Shown: positions 1 through 8,568 of the stretch, in pieces
Numbering within the stretch: position 1 is the first letter of the stretch
How the letters are laid out: each line of letters opens with the position of its first letter
Assembly: GCA_029548445.1 (NCBI GenBank)
Contig: JAKPNJ010000247.1
Coordinates: 1-34,713 of the forward strand
Reading direction: 5' to 3'
Length of the DNA: 34,713 nt
Origin: Bacillota bacterium
GTDB lineage: Bacteria; Bacillota; Clostridia; Saccharofermentanales; UBA5734
Made by a program: the position numbers and the translations under genes
The notes under the pieces: generated by a model
What the model was told of the DNA's origin: nothing
Databases searched by the model: none
What the model saw: only the letters and a program-made list of their open reading frames with translations

Positions 1-930
1 CCAGCGATGGTCGGGCGCGATCTCTGCGTCCGACAGCATGAAATACTTCCGGCGAACCTTGGTGGACCCGATGGGGTCGTTCCAGGTAAAGTCCATGTGG
101 TACCAGGTTCCGCCCGCCTTGACCAGGTTCCAGGCGTGGCCGCCCCAGCCGCCCGTTACGTTGGACAGCGCCTCGGGATAGAAATCGGTCCCGGCCGCGT
201 TCTTTCTTGGCAGGATGTTGCGGACGGAATACCCGGCCTGGATCAGGACCGCATATCCATACTGGGTATACGCCTGGCAAACGCCCTCACCCGTGGAGAC
301 CAGCTCGTAGGCTGTGTATTTGCTGTAGGTCTGGTCGTAGTTGAAGGTCGTGCCGATGTATTGGTTGATGGCGTCGAGACGGGCATCGTCCCCTACCTTC
401 GAACGGAAGGCGGAGGATGCCACAAAGGCCTCGGCGTGGGCGAACACCGCCTGCTTCTGCGCCTTGGTCTCGCGCCAGTTCAGGGTCAGGGTGACGGTGG
501 CGTGCTTCGAGCTGTACGACAGGCTGAGGCCGCCGCCGCCGTAGATCCCGAGCATGTAGTCGTTGCCGGTTCGGTTCAGCTGGTCGGAGAAAAGCGGCAG
601 CAGCGCCTTGTACTGGGTCGAGAGATAGGAGATGGCGACAGGGGTTCCGGCTTCCAGGATGAGCTTGTCCGGATTGCCGACATGCTGGTCGATAGCGTCC
701 TGGTAGGCGTCGCGGATGGAGGCGATCACGTCGGCATCCGTGGAGCCGCTGATTGTGACACTGAGGTCGGCGGCCAGGACGTCCGTCGGCGCGACTCCGG
801 GAAGGCGGGGCGCCAGCGGAGACAGGAGCAGCGCCAGGGTTGCGAGGCCCGAAAACAGGGCGGCCAGCATCCTGGAAACGCGACGGCGGGGCCGATCGGA
901 CGGACACGGGATGGATCCAATTAAAAACAT
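1..930 (-). CDS. Transglutaminase-like (Cys-His-Asp core) secreted/surface protein, partial; C-terminus lies beyond the window start. Paralog of the next gene.
   Basis: Reverse-strand translation gives MFLIGSIPCPSDRPRRRVSRMLAALFSGLATLALLLSPLAP... and ...GVCQAYTQYGY...GGWGGHAWNLVKAGGTWYHMDFTWNDPIGST, the transglutaminase core motif. It is collinear with the 1134..2681 protein. The annotated + ORF 7..924 is its antisense. The ATG at 930 is preceded by GAAAGAAGG. Confidence 0.7.
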   Translation of the reverse strand, partial: MFLIGSIPCPSDRPRRRVSRMLAALFSGLATLALLLSPLAPRLPGVAPTDVLAADLSVTISGSTDADVIASIRDAYQDAIDQHVGNPDKLILEAGTPVAISYLSTQYKALLPLFSDQLNRTGNDYMLGIYGGGGLSLSYSSKHATVTLTLNWRETKAQKQAVFAHAEAFVASSAFRSKVGDDARLDAINQYIGTTFNYDQTYSKYTAYELVSTGEGVCQAYTQYGYAVLIQAGYSVRNILPRKNAAGTDFYPEALSNVTGGWGGHAWNLVKAGGTWYHMDFTWNDPIGSTKVRRKYFMLSDAEIAPDHRW

Positions 931-1133
931 ATGGCAACCTTCTTTCGGCAACTGGCTGCCTGGCATTCCCCAGGCCCTGTAGTTTTGCGTCGCCGGCTCG
1001 CACCGGGTTTGCCTTTTCGTGAATTCGCCATGAATCCACATATGTAACTGGAGAATATCACGCGACATGATCCCTGTCAAATCGTGCCGAATTTCCCGTT
1101 AATATCCATGCCGCTTCCGACAGGATTGCCGAA

Positions 1134-2681
1134 CTACATTCCATCGAGCCATGAAAGGAAGGCAAAGGCCAGCAGGACCAGGATCGTGCCGCCGCCCAGG
1201 CCCGCCGCGACTGCAAACAGGACAGGCTTCTGCAGAAGGGATGCCAGGGCGGAACGGAGATAGGCGCCGGGTCCGCGGTTCGCCGGGACTCCATCGTCCG
1301 GGTCGCCTTCCGTTCGGGACGAATTGTCGCCGGAATCCAGGGGATCCGGCTCGTCGGTAATGGAGGCGTCCGGCAGGTCGGTAGGATCGGGGGATGGCAC
1401 CGGGGACGGCGTCCTTGTGGGATCGACAGGTCCCTCGGGCGGCGTCGGCGACTGCGGTAACCCGGTGGGATCGGGGGTGGAAGCGGTTGTTGGGGCCGGA
1501 GCGTCCGTGGGGCGGGCTGTCGGCAAAGGGGCCGGCGTCGATGTCGGCTTCGGGGTCGGCGTCGGCTTGGGGGTCGGCGGCGGGAGATCGGTGGGATATG
1601 GGTTGTGTGGGTTCCAGGAGGCGGTGGCGGCGGGATAGACGCCGGTCGGGCCGGGCCATCTGTGGTCGGGCCGGATTTCGGCGTCGGAAAGCATATAGTA
1701 CTTCTTTCGAACCGAGTCCGACCCGATGGGGTCGTTCCAGGTGAAGTCCATATGGTACCACCGGTTGCCGACCCGGACCAGGTTCCAGGCATGGCCGCCC
1801 CAGCTGCCGGTATAATTGGAGTAGCCCTCGGGATAATAATCCTTCCCGTTGGCATCCTTGCGCGGCAAGACATTCCGGACTGTAAACCCGGCCTCCGTCA
1901 GGATGGCGTATCCATACTGGGCGTACGCCTGGCAGACGCCGGATCCTTCCGTGATCAGCTCATGGGCCGTATGGTTGTAGGACTCCCGATCGTCCGGGTC
2001 GCTGTAGCGGAACGACCGGGCGACGAAGGTGTTGATGGCGTCGAGGCGGGCATCGACGGTCGTCAGGTCCCTGTAGGCGGATGAATCCAGGAAGGCCCGG
2101 GCATGGGTAAAGACCGCTTCCGTCTGCTCCCGGGTTTCCCGCCATCCGATGGTGAACGTTGCGGATGCACGGGAAGTGCCTGGCGACACATTCAGTGTCG
2201 TGCCGCCATAGATACCCAGCAAGTAGTCGTTGCCGGCCTTGTTGAACTGGTCCGAAAGGAGGGGCAGCAGCCGCTTGTACTGGGTCGATAAAAAGGAAAT
2301 GGCGGCCTGGCTCTTGGGATCGGCCCGGAGGATCCAGACATCGGCGATCCGGGTAGTGCCATCCACCAGGACCCGGGATCCCTTGTGTCCGTCGAACATG
2401 GCCTGGTAGGCGGTCCGGATGGAGGCGATGACCTCCGCCTCGTTGGCCCCGCGAATCCAGAGTTCCGGTTGCGCGACATCCGCAGCCAGGACGACCGCCG
2501 ACGTCTCGCCGGCGAAGGGGGCCCTGGCTGAGAGAGGCGACAGGAGGAGGGCCAGCACGACCCATCCGCAGGCGACCGGACGGATCCAGCGGCTGGACCG
2601 GATGCGCCGCAGCAGCGTGCGACAAGGAACTGGGGCCTCGATGGGAAGCGGTCTTCCCATGGGGTCTCGTCGAGGGTACAT
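1134..2681 (-). CDS. Transglutaminase-like surface protein with signal peptide, PT-rich linker and C-terminal hydrophobic anchor
   Basis: Core motif GSGVCQAYAQYGYAILTEAGF...GHAWNLVRVGNRWYHMDFTWNDPIG. N-terminal signal-like LALLLSPLSARA. Long P/T-rich linker (PTPKPTPTPKPTSTPAPLPT...). C-terminal hydrophobic stretch. Start chosen at MYPRR (2681) because it has the RBS AAAGGAcggacATG; alternative starts are 2732 and 2660. Confidence 0.8.
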   Translation of the reverse strand: MYPRRDPMGRPLPIEAPVPCRTLLRRIRSSRWIRPVACGWVVLALLLSPLSARAPFAGETSAVVLAADVAQPELWIRGANEAEVIASIRTAYQAMFDGHKGSRVLVDGTTRIADVWILRADPKSQAAISFLSTQYKRLLPLLSDQFNKAGNDYLLGIYGGTTLNVSPGTSRASATFTIGWRETREQTEAVFTHARAFLDSSAYRDLTTVDARLDAINTFVARSFRYSDPDDRESYNHTAHELITEGSGVCQAYAQYGYAILTEAGFTVRNVLPRKDANGKDYYPEGYSNYTGSWGGHAWNLVRVGNRWYHMDFTWNDPIGSDSVRKKYYMLSDAEIRPDHRWPGPTGVYPAATASWNPHNPYPTDLPPPTPKPTPTPKPTSTPAPLPTARPTDAPAPTTASTPDPTGLPQSPTPPEGPVDPTRTPSPVPSPDPTDLPDASITDEPDPLDSGDNSSRTEGDPDDGVPANRGPGAYLRSALASLLQKPVLFAVAAGLGGGTILVLLAFAFLSWLDGM

Positions 2682-2877
2682 GTCCGTCCTTTGGCGGCGG
2701 CAAGCGCCGATTGCCTTGCGCGGCCGATGCATCGCACTGGGGCGACCTGTATCGGGCCGGCCTTGGCAGGGGCGTTCCGAATGGACCTGTATGTTTTTGT
2801 AACACGGCCCACGGGCTGTGTCAAACCCCGGAACCTTTCAGTTGTATTGCAAAACCGCTATCCATGCGGCGATTCGG

Positions 2878-2906
2878 TTGATGTCGATGTTGTATGGTAT
2901 TATATT
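2878..2906 (+). promoter_or_regulatory. Putative sigma-70 promoter (TTGATG-N17-TATATT) for the beta-helix lipoprotein gene, inside an AT-rich island
   Basis: ttgatg at 2878-2883, a 17-nt spacer, tatatt at 2901-2906, in the only AT-rich stretch of the region. About 100 nt upstream of the ATG at 3006. Confidence 0.4.
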
Positions 2907-3005
2907 TGGGTTATATGTAGACTTATCTTATATGCGATGTTATATTCTTCTTATCTGCTTACAGCATCCGCTCGCCGTATCGGTCGACCGAAAGGATGAT
3001 CCGCC

Positions 3006-5594
3006 ATGATCCAGCCCGCCTCCAGGCCCATGCCCCTCCGTCTCCTGCTGCGGCCGCGGGTCCGGCTCCTGTCGCTGCTGCTGGTCCTGACCCTGCTTGT
3101 CCCCCTGGCCGGGTGCGCACGCCCGACACCGGGACCCTCCGGCGGCAAAACCCCGACGCCCGCCGAAGACCCCGCCGTGGCCCCGGAGATCCGGATCCTG
3201 GCGGACGAGCCCTTCGAGACGCCTCCCGGGGACTGGAGCCACCTGACTGATCGGAACAACCTGGAGCTGGTCCCCATGGAGCCGGGAACCCCGCTGTATC
3301 CGGCCCCCCGGGGACAGCAGGTCCTGGGCGTCACGTCGGGGCGCATGGAGCTGTTCCGGGACCTGGGCCCCATGGAGCCGGACACGGTCTATACCCTGAC
3401 CCTGTCCGTGGCCTCCGCCTCTCCGACCAACCTGGGGAGCCTGTCTGTCTCGCTGCTGGATCCGGCCACCGGCAAGGCCCATGCCCTGGGGTTCTCCGCC
3501 CAGGGTGCCTCCTTCAAGGTGGACGCCGTGGTCTGGAACCGGGTGACCCTGGTCGTGGACACCTCCGCCCTGTCGGAAACCGAGCGGTCCGGCCACCTGG
3601 CCTTTGAAATCCGGGGCAGCCTGGTCTATGTGGACGATCTCCTGGTAACCGCCCGCCGCCGGCGGGCCATGACCTTCCACGTCAGCGCGTCGGAGGGAAG
3701 CGGGGACGAAACCGGCAGCCTGGCGAACCCATTCGATTCGTTCCGGATCCTCAACGGCACCCGCCTGTTGCCCGGGGACCGGGTCCTGGTCCGGCGGGGC
3801 GATACCTTCCGGGAGCGGGTCTACCTGACGGGCAAGGGCGAGACGGAACGGCCGATCCGGATCGAGCCGTACGGGGAAGGCGCCATGCCGTTGATCACGC
3901 TGGGCGAGAACCGGCGGACCGACGTGGCCCTGACCTATGAAAACGCGAGCCATGTCCGGATCGCCGGGCTGCACATGGAAAACGCGAAAATCGGGCTCTA
4001 CCTGCGGTACTACAAGGACTACGGGAACCGCGACGTGGTGGTGGAGGACTGCCTGTTCCGGAAGATGGACGATCTCTACTGCGCGCCCCAGGAGTACCAG
4101 AACGAGCTGGGCTTCTCGTCGGGCATCTGGCTGTCCGGCTTCAATCCGGGCGGGGCGTCGGACGTCCTGGACGGGCTTGTCCTGCGGAGCAACCGCTTCG
4201 AGTATTGTACCTCGGGGTTCAATACCAACTGGTTCTATTTCGATCCCGTCGGCCATCCGAAGGACATCCTGCGGAATGTGCTCGTGGAGGGGGGCCATGC
4301 CCTGGCCAGTTCCGTGGCGGGATCCCTGCTGATCCAGTGGACCGACGGGGTTGTCATCCGGCACTTCCGGCAGTTCGGCCGGAATCCCCTGGCGGAGACC
4401 GAGTGGTTCCTGTGGGGGTCCACGGGGCTCATGATCGGCAGCAGCCAAAACATCCTGGTCGAGAACAGCGAATTCGCCGATGTGGACCGGTTCGCCGACA
4501 ACAAGGCCCTGATGCAGGAGCTGGCGGACAACCCCGAGCGGATGCGGGAGCTGGCCGGCAGCCTGCCGCTCTATTTCGGGCTCCACCAGGCGTTCAGCGG
4601 GGACGCTTCCGGGGTGGACATCGACGGCAACAACGAAAACGTCACCTTTCGGAACAACGTCGTCCACGACAACGACGGTATGGGGCTGCAGCTGCTGACC
4701 ACCCTGGGGGCCAACCGGAACGTGGTCATCGAGGGCTGCACCTTTTACAACAACGGCACCAATGTGAAAAACAAGTGGGAGGTCCGCTCCTTCGAGTGGA
4801 ACGGCAGCGAGTGGGTCATCGAGTACGACACCAGCCGCTACCTGTTCGGCGGGGACGCCTGGGAGGTCAAGCTCGACACGGCCGCCTCGGGCCGGTTGGC
4901 GGACGTCCGGCTTTACCGGGCGGACGAATCCTTCGGCTGGGTGTCCCGGAGCGGAATCCAGTTCTCCCGGTCCGGGATCGGCGAGCTCTGGTACCGGGAT
5001 GTCCGGGACCTGCCGTCCGAAGTCCGGCCCGACCGCAGCGGGACCGTCCTGTCGGACGCGGAGACCGACCCTGTGGCGGGTACCGGCGTTGTGGAGATCG
5101 GGCCCCTGTTCCTCAACGGATTCCAGCGGCCGATTCTCGAACTGGACCTGTCGGTGTCGGCGGGGGAGCGGGCCAGGGTGTATTACATCACGGACCTGGA
5201 CCGGGACTACAGCCCGGACCGCTGGTTCGACGTGCCCCTGCAGGGCGAGGCCGCCGGCCACGTCGACACCCTGGCGGACGGGTTCAAGGGCGTTCTCGTG
5301 GGCCTCCGGATCCGGCCGTCGGACGAAGCCGGCGCGGAATACACCCTGCGGTCGGTCCGGTTCGCGGAAAAACCGGATCCGTCCGCCACCCCCGGTGTCT
5401 CCGGTACGCCGGCGACGACGACGCCGTCTGCGGACGGCGGATCCGACACCCGGGTTCCCCTGGGCACGACGCTGCTGCTGCTGGGATTGGCCCTGGCAGC
5501 GGGCCTGCTGCTGGCCCTGGGCCTCCGGCGGGTCAGCCGGGGCGGGCGCCGCCCCGGGGCGCCGACGGATCCGCCTTCCGGAACGCCCGGCTGA
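3006..5594 (+). CDS. Large cell-surface lipoprotein with right-handed parallel beta-helix (pectin-lyase-fold) repeats, PT-rich linker and C-terminal TM anchor
   Basis: N-terminus MIQPASRPMPLRLLLRPRVRLLSLLLVLTLLVPLAGC carries a lipobox (LAGC). Beta-helix repeat signatures: NNVVHDNDGMGLQLL, VIEGCTFYNNGTNV, HVRIAGLHMENAKIGLYL. C-terminal PATTTPSADGG linker, then LLLLGLALAAGLLLALGL and RRVSRGGRR. Confidence 0.8.
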   Translation: MIQPASRPMPLRLLLRPRVRLLSLLLVLTLLVPLAGCARPTPGPSGGKTPTPAEDPAVAPEIRILADEPFETPPGDWSHLTDRNNLELVPMEPGTPLYPAPRGQQVLGVTSGRMELFRDLGPMEPDTVYTLTLSVASASPTNLGSLSVSLLDPATGKAHALGFSAQGASFKVDAVVWNRVTLVVDTSALSETERSGHLAFEIRGSLVYVDDLLVTARRRRAMTFHVSASEGSGDETGSLANPFDSFRILNGTRLLPGDRVLVRRGDTFRERVYLTGKGETERPIRIEPYGEGAMPLITLGENRRTDVALTYENASHVRIAGLHMENAKIGLYLRYYKDYGNRDVVVEDCLFRKMDDLYCAPQEYQNELGFSSGIWLSGFNPGGASDVLDGLVLRSNRFEYCTSGFNTNWFYFDPVGHPKDILRNVLVEGGHALASSVAGSLLIQWTDGVVIRHFRQFGRNPLAETEWFLWGSTGLMIGSSQNILVENSEFADVDRFADNKALMQELADNPERMRELAGSLPLYFGLHQAFSGDASGVDIDGNNENVTFRNNVVHDNDGMGLQLLTTLGANRNVVIEGCTFYNNGTNVKNKWEVRSFEWNGSEWVIEYDTSRYLFGGDAWEVKLDTAASGRLADVRLYRADESFGWVSRSGIQFSRSGIGELWYRDVRDLPSEVRPDRSGTVLSDAETDPVAGTGVVEIGPLFLNGFQRPILELDLSVSAGERARVYYITDLDRDYSPDRWFDVPLQGEAAGHVDTLADGFKGVLVGLRIRPSDEAGAEYTLRSVRFAEKPDPSATPGVSGTPATTTPSADGGSDTRVPLGTTLLLLGLALAAGLLLALGLRRVSRGGRRPGAPTDPPSGTPG

Positions 5595-6792
5595 GCCACC
5601 CCATCAGCAGGCCTCCCGCCGCGGCGACCAGCGCCACCACGGGGAAGGCCACGGACAGGCCCCACCGGTCGGACAGGGCGCCGGACAGGACGGGGCCGAA
5701 GAGCATGCCCAATCCGTACAGGGACTGGTAGATGCCCATGGCGGTGGCCCGGAGGGCCGGCGAAGCGGTGCCCACGGCCAGCCCCATGGAGAGGGTGAAG
5801 GTCATGCCCCGGGCGAACCCGCCCAGGACCTGGAGAACCAGGAGCAGGGTCCAGGACCCGCCCAGGGGGATCAGGGCCACGCACAGGGAGGACACGAGGA
5901 GGGTCGTCACGTTCGCGGCCATTTCCCGGCCCCGGATGCGGGGCAGCAGGAGGGTTCCGATGGCCAGGGAGCCCAGGGCGGTGGCCAGGGATGTCACCGA
6001 AGCCAGGGTGCCCAGCTGGGCGTCGGTGGCGGCCAGCCGGTCCCGGGCGAAGACCGGGACGAAGCCGAACTGGGTAGAGAAGGACAGGAGCTGCTGGAAG
6101 ACGGCCATTCCGGTGGCGGCCAGCAGGATCCGGCTGCGCAGGAGGGCGGGGAGATGCGTCGGATCCAGCCCCGGCCCGTCCGGGTCCCGGCGCTCCACGA
6201 GGAGACGGGACAGGAGGACGCCCAGCAGCCCGGCGCCCAGGGCGATGAGAAACACCGGCCCCATCCCGGCCACGCCCGACACCAGGCCCCCCAGCATCAG
6301 CGCCGTGGTCTGGCCCGCCAGGTTCGCGGCGTTCAGGATGCCCATGGCCCGGGTAAAGTCTTCCGGCCGGTGGTAGGACGCGAACAGGACCGTAAAATGG
6401 ACCCAGGTGGCGGCGGCGCATCCCGCCAGGGTCCGGGCGGCAAAGAGGGCGGGAACGCTCCCGCCGAGAAGGAACAGCAGGGCGCTGCCGGCGGAGAGGG
6501 CGAACCCCAGCGTAATGAAGGCCCGGCGGTGCCGCAGGTGGTCGGACAGCAGCCCCAGGGGAATCCGCAGGAGCATCTGGGCCAGGCCGTAGCTGCCCAC
6601 CACGGCTCCCACCTGGGCGTGGGAGGCGCCGGCGGCCTCCACATGGGGCCCCAGCAGGGCCACGTACACATAGAGGGAGAACCAGAAGAGGCCCGTCGTC
6701 ACGCCGAACAGGACCTTCCGGGACCGGGGGGCCTGCGGGGCGGCCGGCGGGGCGGCCGGCGGGTTTTCCTGCGGGCTGGCCATGGCATCCAT
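5533..6792 (-). CDS. MFS transporter (12-TM major facilitator)
   Basis: Multiple TM segments with MFS-like loops (LGLLSDHLRHRRAF, GPVLSGALSDRWG). The first ATG is at MDAMAS (6792). The ORF track extends it to a TTG at 6828, which would overlap the FAH promoter. Its 3' end overlaps the convergent beta-helix gene by about 62 bp. Confidence 0.8.
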   Translation of the reverse strand: MDAMASPQENPPAAPPAAPQAPRSRKVLFGVTTGLFWFSLYVYVALLGPHVEAAGASHAQVGAVVGSYGLAQMLLRIPLGLLSDHLRHRRAFITLGFALSAGSALLFLLGGSVPALFAARTLAGCAAATWVHFTVLFASYHRPEDFTRAMGILNAANLAGQTTALMLGGLVSGVAGMGPVFLIALGAGLLGVLLSRLLVERRDPDGPGLDPTHLPALLRSRILLAATGMAVFQQLLSFSTQFGFVPVFARDRLAATDAQLGTLASVTSLATALGSLAIGTLLLPRIRGREMAANVTTLLVSSLCVALIPLGGSWTLLLVLQVLGGFARGMTFTLSMGLAVGTASPALRATAMGIYQSLYGLGMLFGPVLSGALSDRWGLSVAFPVVALVAAAGGLLMGWLSRAFRKADPSAPRGGARPG

Positions 6793-6821
6793 ATGCGGAA
6801 GTCTTGCCCAATCGGGCAGGT

Positions 6822-6850
6822 TTGTCAACCGTCCCGCAGGACGGTAGAAT
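6822..6850 (+). promoter_or_regulatory. Putative sigma-70 promoter TTGTCA-N17-TAGAAT for the FAH-family gene, with inverted repeat CCGTCC-cgca-GGACGG inside the spacer
   Basis: ttgtca at 6822-6827, a 17-nt spacer, tagaat at 6845-6850. The spacer contains ccgtcccgcaggacgg, a 6-bp-arm palindrome. It sits in the divergent MFS/FAH intergenic region. Confidence 0.5.
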
Positions 6851-6937
6851 CAAGACCAGGGAAACGGCTCGGCAACGGAACGGCTCGACAGGGCAACGAC
6901 CCGATCGCGTCGCACCACACGACGGGAGGCATCCGGG

Positions 6938-7840
6938 ATGCGATATGCAACGTTTCGGGACCTGCGGAATCCGGATTGGGAACGGTACGGCCTGGTCCTG
7001 GACGACGGCCGGGTGGTGCCCCTGGCGCCCCTGCTGGCGGAACGGATGGCCTTCCCGCCGGCCACCCTCCTGGAGTATATCGGGATCCACACCCCGGATC
7101 TACGGGCCTGGCTGGCACACCGAATCGATGCGACGGATTTCGAATTCCTGCTCCTGGGGGATGTCCACCTGCTGGCGCCCATTCCCTGGCCCCGGCGCGA
7201 CGTGATCTGCCTCGGGAAGAACTACCGGGACCATGCCGACGAAATCGCCGCCCTGGCTGCGGGCACCCGGGCTCCCTCCGACCAGCCGGTCTTCTTCGCC
7301 AAGTCCGCCTGCCCCGCCATCGGCCCCGGGGCGCCCATCGACGCCCACGCCGGCGTCACCGCCTGCCTCGACTACGAGGTGGAACTGGCGGTGGTCATCG
7401 GCCGGGACGCGTACCGGATCCCCGAGGACCAGGTGGCGGACCACCTCTTCGGGTATACAATCCTGAACGACGTCTCCGCCAGGGATGTCCAGACAGCCCA
7501 CGGCCAGTGGTTCCTGGGAAAGAGCCTGGACTCCTTCTGCCCCATGGGCCCCTGGATCGTGGACCGGGACGACCTGCCCTACCCGCCGGCCCTGGCCATT
7601 CGCTGCCTGGTCAACGGGGACGTCCGCCAGTCCTCCAACACCTCCCGCCTCCTCTTCCCGATTTCCCGGGTCGTCAGCCAGCTGTCCCAGGGCCTTCGGC
7701 TGCGGCCGGGGGACATCGTGGCCACGGGAACGCCGGGCGGTGTGGGCTGGGGTCATGTCCCGCCGAAATTCCTGTCGCCGGGGGACCGGGTGGTCTGCGA
7801 GATCGAAGGCATCGGCGCCCTGGAGAATCCCGTGGTGTAG
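6938..7840 (+). CDS. Fumarylacetoacetate hydrolase (FAH) family protein (2-keto-4-pentenoate hydratase / oxaloacetate-decarboxylase-like)
   Basis: Matches the FAH fold consensus throughout: ICLGKNYRDHADE, PVFFAKSACPAIGPGAPIDA, LDYEVELAVVIGRDAY, GYTILNDVSARD, LVNGDVRQSSNTS, PGDIVATGTPGGVG. RBS GGGAGG. Confidence 0.9.
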   Translation: MRYATFRDLRNPDWERYGLVLDDGRVVPLAPLLAERMAFPPATLLEYIGIHTPDLRAWLAHRIDATDFEFLLLGDVHLLAPIPWPRRDVICLGKNYRDHADEIAALAAGTRAPSDQPVFFAKSACPAIGPGAPIDAHAGVTACLDYEVELAVVIGRDAYRIPEDQVADHLFGYTILNDVSARDVQTAHGQWFLGKSLDSFCPMGPWIVDRDDLPYPPALAIRCLVNGDVRQSSNTSRLLFPISRVVSQLSQGLRLRPGDIVATGTPGGVGWGHVPPKFLSPGDRVVCEIEGIGALENPVV

Positions 7841-7939
7841 GGGGCAGGACGCGCCGCCAATTGATTTGATCTTCAAAGCATTCTCCCGTATACTCAGGCC
7901 ATCGTGCCATGCGGCCCCTTGAAAGGGAGGTCTTCTTTC

Positions 7940-8497
7940 ATGAACGGTGACCTGCGCTTCCTGCTCGTTTTCGGCCTGCCGGTCCTGGCTGCCCTGGCCG
8001 GCGGCCTGCTCTTCACCCGGGCCAAGCCCCGCCTCCTCCGGGGGATCGGCCTGGCCGCGGCGCTCCTCGCACTCGTCATCCCGGCGCTGATGTATGCCGT
8101 CGGTGTCGGTACGCTCCTGGCCGACAACGGGGGCGGGTTCGCTGACCTGGTCGTCGCCCTGGCGGCCCTGTTGCTGTCGGTCCTGATCAGCATCTCGCTG
8201 CTGCCCCCCGTCTCCGTCCTGCTGCCGCCCCGGAAGGCCTGGATCGTCCCCGGCGCCCTGAACCTCCTCCTGATCGTGGCCACCCACCTGCTGACCCAGG
8301 GAAACCGGCCCCTCGGGGAGCAGACCTGGACCGGCGTCCTCTCGCTCCTGGGCCTGTCCCTCGTGTCCCTGGTCGTGGCCTGGTGCGCCTACTTCTGGCG
8401 GAATCCCCGGTACCGGCCGGTTCCGGCAGCAGTCTCGGAGACGGCCTCCGAAGCGGAACAGGCGAAGGACGCGCCGGCCGGGCCGCCAGCGGAGTAG
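7940..8497 (+). CDS. Hypothetical integral membrane protein (about 5 TM), Pro/Ala-rich acidic C-terminal tail
   Basis: Start MNGDLRFLLVFGLPVLAALAGG is preceded by the RBS AGGGAGG and an AT-rich promoter island (TTGATC-N17-TATACT at about 7868-7896). Hydrophobic helices throughout; no recognisable family. Confidence 0.55.
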   Translation: MNGDLRFLLVFGLPVLAALAGGLLFTRAKPRLLRGIGLAAALLALVIPALMYAVGVGTLLADNGGGFADLVVALAALLLSVLISISLLPPVSVLLPPRKAWIVPGALNLLLIVATHLLTQGNRPLGEQTWTGVLSLLGLSLVSLVVAWCAYFWRNPRYRPVPAAVSETASEAEQAKDAPAGPPAE

Positions 8498-8504
8498 ACA
8501 GAAA

Positions 8505-8530
8505 AAGGGGGGTGCCGTGCACCCCCCTGC
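8505..8530 (-). terminator. Rho-independent terminator for the acyl-CoA dehydrogenase gene
   Basis: Perfect 9-bp GC stem ggggggtgc/gcacccccc (8509-8517 pairs 8521-8529) with a 3-nt loop. On the minus strand it is followed by TTTTTCTG. It also sits just after the stop of the convergent + strand gene, so it may act bidirectionally. Confidence 0.55.
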
Positions 8531-8568
8531 ATGATCCCCGAACCCGCCCGTTGCATCGAGCGCCCCCG

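Noticed and set aside
7-924. Annotated 305-aa + strand ORF at the window start
   Set aside because: It is the antisense of a minus-strand transglutaminase-like gene whose translation (…GHAWNLVKAGGTWYHMDFTWNDPIG…) is colinear with the 1134..2681 paralog. The + strand product has no recognisable features.
2818-3009. 63-aa hydrophobic small ORF (MSNPGTFQLY…) and the 102-aa ORF 2691..2999 inside the AT-rich island
   Set aside because: They lie within the promoter or 5'-leader AT-rich region, where ORFs arise by chance from Ile/Leu/Tyr codons. Neither has an RBS, and both overlap the predicted promoter of the beta-helix gene.
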